Below are positions 55,897 to 64,000 of a DNA stretch of 64,000 bases, one piece after another (within the stretch, counting starts at the first letter, position 1; every line of letters starts with the position of its first letter). The notes beneath the pieces were generated by a model that saw only the letters and a list, made by a program, of their open reading frames with translations, did not search any database and was not told the DNA's origin. A program made the position numbers and the translations under genes. The stretch is from Adineta vaga (Eukaryota; Animalia; Rotifera): NCBI GenBank assembly GCA_021613535.1, contig CP075492.1:5580001-5644000 (forward strand), written 5' to 3'.

Positions 55897-56332
55897 TAGG
55901 ATTAACAGTAACAGGTCTTTGTTTTTTGATTGTCTCTATACTTAATTTGTTCGTTGAAGAAGAGAATATAAGGAACAAATGATCTGCATGTCTTATTTAT
56001 ATGTATATATGAGTGAAGAAGAACTCGTTTCTGCCATGTAGTTATCCCATCTTATCTCTAATTGTTTTCTGTTTGTGAATTGAGGCGTTTGTTAGATTAG
56101 TAATGAAAGATGATAAGCCGAAACGCTCGAAGCAAATCGTTCTTTTCATAACAACCCGTACAATATCCAAAAAACATACTATTATTACAAAGAAAATGAT
56201 GACTGCATTGGAAAGAGAAGAAAAAAAACTTTTTTCAATGATAAATAAACACATATGCTTGATAGATTATCATTAAATTGATTTCTTCTATCTTATTTTG
56301 ATTTTCAATTAGAGAAATCTTTCTCAACTTAC

Positions 56333-56370
56333 TTATAAATCATTGGCATTGTTTTTATGACTTCTGACAT
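56333..56370 (-). other. Alternative first coding exon of Kv-beta
   Basis: MSEVIKTMPMIYK followed by a consensus GTAAGT donor in phase 2, joining the exon at 55646 to give MIYKNLG. Confidence 0.75.
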
Positions 56371-58379
56371 TGATCTTCTCACGATAAATCAACATGATAA
56401 TCATAAAAACGTGAAATCAAATCGATTGACATTGAACATAAAGTGTAGAAACCGTATGCAAAATACTGAATATTAACCAAAGAAAACAAAATGTCGACTG
56501 TAGCAACACTAAAAGAAAACATAAATGCGCACGCTCGAATATATATAAATATATATATAGAGAGAGAGGAAAAAGAGAATATAAAGAAATGTTACTACTA
56601 CCACTACTGTTTCTGCTACCACGCCTAGCAAATAATTTATTCCTTCCCTTGACTTACTTGTCTTTCTCACTCTCTCTCTCTCTCCTTACTTCCCTTTACG
56701 GCACGGAACAAACGCTTTTCTCAATAGAACGACAACAACGATAAAAAAAAAAGATGATTGTCTTTGTAGGGACCGTCTTTTTCTTAGCGAAAAAGATTGC
56801 ATGTGTGTGGGTGTGTGTGTATGTGCATAGAGAACACTAAACCGATTATATAGTCGAAGCACATCGGAGAAAGATTTGTCTATTGTCTGACTTACTAATG
56901 ATTTAAATATAGAAGAGCATTAGTCAATAAGATTTCATTTATTATTAAACTTACATGATAAGCCACTAATGATAATGTTGAATAATATTGGTTCGTTTTG
57001 ACGAAGTTATTTATTATTTTGCACAAGAAAGAATTCCAATAGAAATAGCAAGAACGATTATCCTATTTTTCAGTAAACAGAATCTGTCAAAAATAGAGTT
57101 GATGTTGTCGTTTCATATCATAATGTCGATAAATGTGTTGATTACTTGATGAATGTCAAAAAGAAAGAAAAGTCGTTAGAATAATACAGAGAATTTAGTT
57201 CACAACAACGATAGTATCTATGTTATTATCATTATTAATGAAAATACAGTGTAACATCAAAAAATCTCTGGAAGTGAAGAGTCTATTCTTTATGCAGATA
57301 ATATATATATTTTTTTACGATGTATTTAACAGACCTTTGTAATTTTGATTAATATCTTATCAATATATAGAGTGTCGTGACAACACAGAAGTAAAAGTCT
57401 GGATTAATCTCTTATGCATACACAGACAAAGAAAATATTATTGACAATATATTTTCAATAAAGATATGAATGATGATAAATTATTAATGATGTTTTTCAT
57501 ATCATAAATGCAATTTCAAGAATTTCCGTGTTTATAAATGAAATAGTACATATATATTTTTATCTACCAGAAAAAAAAGAAATTGTTCGTAATAGCGTTC
57601 GAACTAACCTACTGGAGAAATTAGTAAGTGATTCGTGATAAACTACAGATTCACTGCTTTACGATTGAAAGCGTTCATGCAAAAATAGAAACGATATCAA
57701 TTGAAGATGTATTTCTTTTTTTTCTGTATAGATCAATAATTTCGTGAATGAGTATGTGAATTTAACAGTCAAACACGTTTCAATTGAAAATAGAATGAAG
57801 AAATGTGTTAATTAGATACAGTCTAGTCCGTATCGATTCCATGCATTTGAGTGAAGTATTTTCTTCTACATTAGATAAGAATACTGACTTCTTCGAAAAC
57901 ATCGACTAGGGAAATCATGTTCTAGTTAAAAGATAGAACAAACAACAACTTATCTTGTTTTTCAATCAAAAACTATATGAAAATTTAGATTTTCTTCTTC
58001 GATAAAAGAATACAAATTTGTTATTTAATAACATTTGAAACTGAATTTGATATTCCTCTTTTCATTTTTCCACCGAAGACTTCATGTTGTTGTTATTTAA
58101 TCATGAATACTTCTCATTACAAGATAAGTACTTGCGTGCTAAAATAATTCAATCAATCAACATGATCGTTAACAATTGAGTTTTTGTAAGTAGAAAAAAT
58201 TGAATCATTCGATTTCGAATCACAACTTTCATTTATTCCACTCGTCTGCACAATCAAAATTACAAACGTAATGAATCGATAGAAACAAAGAAAACTTTCA
58301 TTTCCAATCAACGATCTCTTCTCATAATCAAATCTGATCTCAGAGGATTTATTGTCATTCCACCATTTTGGTTGTTACG

Positions 58380-58408
58380 CTTTTCTACCTCTCTTATCGT
58401 TCTCTTCA
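58380..58408 (+). promoter_or_regulatory. Polypyrimidine (TCT / 5'TOP-like) start region of the ribosomal protein gene
   Basis: cttttctacctctcttatcgttctcttc, followed by a probable 5'UTR intron (GT at ~58412 to AG at 58543) before the RPL18A ATG. Confidence 0.45.
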
Positions 58409-58577
58409 CTAAGTAACAATCTTTCAACCAATGAAATTTCTTTCCATATATTCCCATCAAATCTCCAATGATTATTTTTTTTCTTCGGCTTTCATTTACT
58501 CACGTATCTTGTTTAATTCAATAGTTGTTTATTTTTTTTTCAGATAAATCTTCTTTCAAATCTCGATAAAGTCCATC

Positions 58578-59169
58578 ATGAAAGCAAAAGGTAATCTTCG
58601 AGAATACCGTATCATTGGTCGTAAACTTCCTTCAACAACATTGAAAACACCACCACTTTATGAAATGCATATCTATGCACCTGATGAAGTTCAAGCAAAA
58701 TCTCGTTTTTGGTTTTTTTTACGTCAACTTAAACGTGTTAAGAAAAGTGCAGGTGAAATTGTTGAATGTAAATTAGTTAATGAACGTAAACCATTAACAG
58801 TGAAAAATTTCGGCATTTGGCTTCGTTATGATTCTCGATCAGGTACACATAATATGTATCGAGAATATCGAGATTTAACTCGAGCATTAGCTGTTACTCA
58901 ATGTTATCGAGATATGGGTGCAAAACATCGTGCACGACCATCAACAATTCAAATTATGAAAATCAAACGTTTAGCAGCTAAAGATTGTCGTCGACCACAT
59001 GTAACACAATTTCATGATTCAACAATCAAGTAAGAAGACAAACAAAAAGAAAAGAGAAATGATTTGATATGTTTATAAATTGATATTTAGATTTCCAATG
59101 GTTAATAAGGCAACAAAACGTTTACATCATCCACGTTTTACAACTCGTCGTCCACATACTTATTTTTAA
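58578..59169 (+). CDS. RPL18A: 60S ribosomal protein L18a (eL20); intron 59030-59090
   Basis: [10 protein letters not shown]...AKSRFWFF...[24 protein letters not shown]...RPHTYF*. Confidence 0.99.
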
Positions 59170-59379
59170 AAACAAGCAATATTCTATTCATCTCGATGTC
59201 TAATAAGATACTTTTCGATCTATTGCATTGTTTTTGAGAAAAAAAAGAACATAAGAATAAAAAGATAAGAATAAAAGAAGAGAAACTTTTTCTTTGTTTT
59301 ATTTTAGATTTCTATTTATGTATTAAATTTCATGGTGGCTACTGGCCACTAAACAAAGCAACCAAAAAATCCTGTATCA

Positions 59380-61362
59380 ATGGCATCTGGACGAGCGAGT
59401 GTGTATCATGCTCGAACACCGTCTATGACACGTCAGATGCCATCACCAAACAATCAAACCAATGTTTCATCATTAACAAGAGCTATTCAAACTGGTAGTA
59501 TGAATGTTGCAACAAATACAGCACGACCAAGACCGCTGAGTGGTTTACGACAAGCTTCAATGGATAGAGGCAATTCTTTGATACGAAACATTACAACATC
59601 AATTCCTCCTAATCAAAGACGAACTTCAACAGATGCAAATAGATCTAGAATACCGAGTCAAGATCGAATTGTAAATGAGACACACAATTTCTATTTAAAA
59701 AAAACGACATTGTTTTGTATTTTTTAGTTAACAACAACAACAACAAATAATGCACGATATATAAATGCAGCAGCAAACGAATCAGCTTATGATCATCCTG
59801 AACGTCGTGAATCGAATACTTCGAACGTATCCGGAACAATTGCCAAAACTTCTGAATATGATCATCGTCCTTCATTAACCATTGAATCAAGATTAAGATC
59901 AGGTGGTTTAACTGGTTTACAAAATCTTGGCAATACAGTAATAGTTGATATTATCATTAAAATTTGCTTGTATAGTTTTGTATTTTAGTGTTTTATGAAT
60001 TCGGTGCTTCAATGTTTATCCAATACAAAACCACTTTTATTATTTTGTTTTAAAGAAAATCTTTCCGAGTATTTAAATACATCATCAACAAGTGTTATGA
60101 AAGGTGTTTTAATGCGAGGTAAACAAAATTCTTCCGCTTTTCGAATATATTTCTTGACGAGAATATTTTCTCATAGAATACGTAACTCTCGCTCGAAAAA
60201 TGTGGACTTCATCTGATGGTCATGCCGTTGTTAGTCCATCATCATTTAAAAACACAATTGGACGATTTGCTCCACGTTTTCTCGGTTATGCGTATGTTTG
60301 AATCAATAGTTTTGTCGATGAATGATTTCTTTGCCTTTAGACAACAAGATTCACAAGAATTCTTACGATATCTTTTGCAAGGACTTCATGAAGATGTCAA
60401 TCGAGTACAACGAAAACCGTCTCCAATGAAAATTGACGAGAAAGTCGAAGAACGAATGAAGTAAATATCAAAGTGTTTGTTCAACATTCTAAAATAATTC
60501 TTTTAGAGAGAAAGATCGTGCAAGATTAAGTTGGGAACGTTGTTTATTATATGACAATAGTGATATTGCTGGTTTGTAGACTATTTACTTTCTAATCAAT
60601 GTTTAATCGAAGAAATTTCTTTAGATATATTTGCTGGACAATTGAAAAGTACACTAGAATGTACACATTGTCAATATCAATCCACTACATTTGATATGTT
60701 TTGGGACTTATCCATTCCAATACCTCGAGTAAGAGATTGTTTTCGAATGCAAAAAAGATACATCATTGTTTTTATTTACTTAGACTAAACCATCGAGTAG
60801 TGTACAAGAATGTGTACAATTATTTATGAGTAAAGAAGATTTAGATGGAAATGAAAAACCGGTATGTTATTCTAGATCATACGTTTACGTTACTTTCATA
60901 GAGAATATTTAGATGTGTGCCAGATGTAAACAAAAACGACGATGTACAAAAAAATTTTCAATACAAAAATGTCCGAATATTCTCGTTCTTCATTTAAAAC
61001 GTTTCTCACAAACTCGCGGTCGAACTAAATTAAGTACTCATATTGATTTTCCAATAACAAATTTCAGACTTGATGAATTATATGATGTAATGTCGCAAAG
61101 TTATGATGGTAGATATTTATCACAATAAATTGAACCTATTCATAGGAAATCTTCTTTTCTAGGACCTTCTCCAACATACAATCTATTCGGTATATCCAAT
61201 CATAGTGGTACAGCATATTCTGGTCATTATATCGCTCAATGTAAACATCCATTTACAAATTATTGGCATGAATTTAATGATTCATCAGTTAGTACAATAA
61301 ATGAAAAATCTCGAATAATATCGTCAAATGCTTATGTGCTATTTTACGAGCGAACTACGTAA
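59380..61362 (+). CDS. Ubiquitin-specific protease, USP2/21-like
   Basis: [59 protein letters not shown] and AYVLFYE. Confidence 0.93.
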
Positions 61363-61500
61363 AAGAAAGATTTTATTTTTATTTTTTCTCCCTTTTATCT
61401 TGCTGAAAATCAGATCTTCCGAATGGGACATTTTTAATCCACTGTCATTCGAAGTTTTTTTTCTTTTGTTTTAATTCTTCCTTTTCGAGCGAAGCATTTT

Positions 61501-61521
61501 GTGTGTGTGTGTGTGTGTGTG
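61501..61521. repeat. (GT)10 microsatellite
   Basis: Direct reading of gtgtgtgtgtgtgtgtgtgtg. Confidence 0.95.
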
Positions 61522-61829
61522 AGCTTTCATTTACTATTGAAAAACAATAATAGAATATTGATCGAATAATTGATATGATATTTGTAAGAAGAAATTGAAT
61601 ATATGAAATCAGTTATTCAAAGAGCAAGACGGAGAGGATAAGGCTATTACTCGTATGATTTAATTTATCAAAAAAGTTCGAAATGATCTTTGTCATTAGT
61701 TATCAATTTCAAGCAAAAAATCTTTGTATGACCATCGAAAATGAAGTATTTTACATAAATTATAAAGCATATCCGCTACGCAGATATTCTCGTCATGAAT
61801 AAAAATTAATAATTGTTCACTTTCAATAA

Positions 61830-63378
61830 TCATTGACAGGCTGTTCCTGTTGCATTCCAACTTGTACCCGATGGACAAGTACATGTTCCTGACGGGCATT
61901 GAAGTGATATAAGACATGTATAATGGAGTGATGTTGTACATGAACCACCGAACGAAGCTCGACTCACTAGATGAAAATATGAAAAAATCATTTGTATACA
62001 AAATAAACTACATACCACATTGATTTAAAGTTGCATCATAATATTTATTGTTAGCACAATTACATGTATAATCAGGTAAATATTGTGAACAATTACAATA
62101 GCCTGCTACTGGTGGACAAATTAATGTTGGAATACAATCATTATCATAGGCACATGTATCCGAATAATTACGACGTAAATCTAAAATAACAAAAATCATT
62201 TGTTTCATTGAAAATAACAATCGCTCTTGACTTTCTTACAGCATCGTTCAAAATTCCAATCCCAAAAACTATCCGCACCACATACACATCGACTGTTATT
62301 ACAAGAAAGTCCACGAGCTGAATCGCATTGTGCAGAGCCAACGACACATGTTTCATTAACTTTACGTTGTGTTTCTAGAAATATTAGACTTGATACAAAC
62401 AAACACAAAGGCTTTCTCTCTCATATCTTACCACAAAGACTTGATGAATTTAAAAATGTTGCCGATGGACATGAACATGCTGATACATTCCATGCTTTTG
62501 TTGCCGTACACGAACAAGTCCCATTACAAGCGAGTCCAGCTGATGATTTACATTGAGCTGAACCAACTGCACATGTGTCGCCATAAGTCAATGTATTGTT
62601 GAGAATAAGTGTGCCTAATAAATTCGATCATTTCAACGGCAAATTCAGTATTAAATTTCAAACTTACAACTACTGTTTGTTGTATTGTATGTATAATACG
62701 CATTGCATTTACAAAGACTATTCGTACAAACAAGTTGTAATGATGAATCACATTGACTTGATGATGTACAACCATCGTTATATTTCAAATACGAACCTAA
62801 AATACAATGAAATTGAATTAGTTCTTTCCGAAAATAGTTCGATTGTTACATGAATTAGCTGTCGAATTCCATGTTAAAGAAGAAGTGCATACACAAAATC
62901 CATTTGGACAATAGAGATTTTTTGATGACATACATTGACTTGAACCAGGATTACATGCTTCATTGTATGAAAGTGAATTATCAGCTGCAGTTGATGCTAA
63001 AATAGAATAAGGTAATTTCAATACATCTAAGCTCTTGATTAAAAAAAGAATAGACATACATTTTTGGCTAACTACTGCACCTACAACAGCTCCAATAACA
63101 ATTGCAAGTAAAACAGCACCACCAATAACGATACCAATGACAGCTTTTTTTTGTTTTTTAGGTTTGTCATCAAATATACCTTTCTAATTAACACAAAAAA
63201 GCGATGATATAGAAAAACATTCAGATCAATATGTATAACTTACATTCTTTAAATTCGGATCCCATGATGGTTGTCTATTGAAACCCTGTCCTTGATCTTC
63301 ATTTCCTGGAATTTGTCTTATTTGAACATTATCTTGAAATTGAATATTTCTCGGCGTTACTCGCGCTTGCTTTTGCAT
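61830..63378 (-). CDS. Type II membrane protein with tandem Cys-rich EB-like modules
   Basis: Cytoplasmic N-terminus, TM AVIGIVIGGAVLLAIVIGAVVGAVV, then about six exon-sized repeats of the type C-x5-QC-x5-L-x-C-x3-4-C-x-C-x5-W. Confidence 0.8.
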
Positions 63379-64000
63379 GACGATTGCTTAATGTAATCGT
63401 CTAACAACCAACAGAAACGTCTTTTTATTTTATGTTACTACCGAAAATATTTAAAGTAGAAAGAAGTGTAAACAATTTTTCTTTTTCGTTGCAAAATCGA
63501 CGCTTTTTTTTCGTTTATGAAATCGAAAGAGTGAAGAAAAAAAATGGAACATACTGTTTGTTTTTGTCATCAAAAACAAAACAAACTGTGAGTTTCAATA
63601 TGATCATGCGTTAAAACTAACAGCAAAGAGAGAGAAAAGCATTAACAGATTTCACTTTATGTATTTACCTTTCAATGATTAACTAATGGAATTCAGTCAT
63701 TTAACAAATGGGCGTTTTTCATTTCGTTGTCCAAAGAGAAAACGTTATTTCACTACAACCCACGTTATTGAATTATCTTGTATTTGAAAAACACATGAGA
63801 ATAAGTTTTAGATAGTTAAAAATAACATTTCGGTCCAATTACCTTTTCGTAAAAAGATAATCAAAAGGAAATTTTTTCAATTTATGAAATAAATATATGA
63901 ATGTTGTTTTTGCAAATATATTTATTTTAACTATTGTAAACGATATGGTCTGTTTGCTTTTCGTCAACTATTCGACTTCAAATATTTTGGCCTTTATATG

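Overview
AT-rich (roughly 70% AT by eye), gene-dense eukaryotic animal DNA with many 50-70 bp GT-AG introns. The style and gene content suggest a bdelloid rotifer, but that is inference and not provable from the window. About 22 protein-coding genes are recognisable: actin (5' truncated), jagunal, a DHHC palmitoyltransferase, macoilin, ARID1/osa, a SUEL-lectin+CUB membrane protein, a protocadherin, a CCCH-Macro-WWE-ART PARP, a GT11 fucosyltransferase, an orphan 120-aa gene, PSMC5, CNOT1, a beta-lactamase-family serine hydrolase, a GT23-like fucosyltransferase, an M6PR/ATG27-like receptor, two tandem ELOF1 genes, CCDC137, Kv-beta, RPL18A, USP2-like and a Cys-rich EB-repeat protein. Structure the ORF track does not show: (1) a 1182-bp non-autonomous hAT element with 13-bp TIRs and an 8-bp TSD; (2) a decayed duplicate of the PSMC5 last exon that brackets the orphan gene; (3) three same-strand gene pairs only 115-210 bp apart, each with a splice acceptor before the downstream ATG, which are candidate SL-trans-spliced operons; (4) an in-frame internal start exon in CNOT1; (5) alternative first exons of Kv-beta; (6) candidate intronic snoRNAs. 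CDS coordinates span start to stop including introns and were assembled by eye. No database searches were run.
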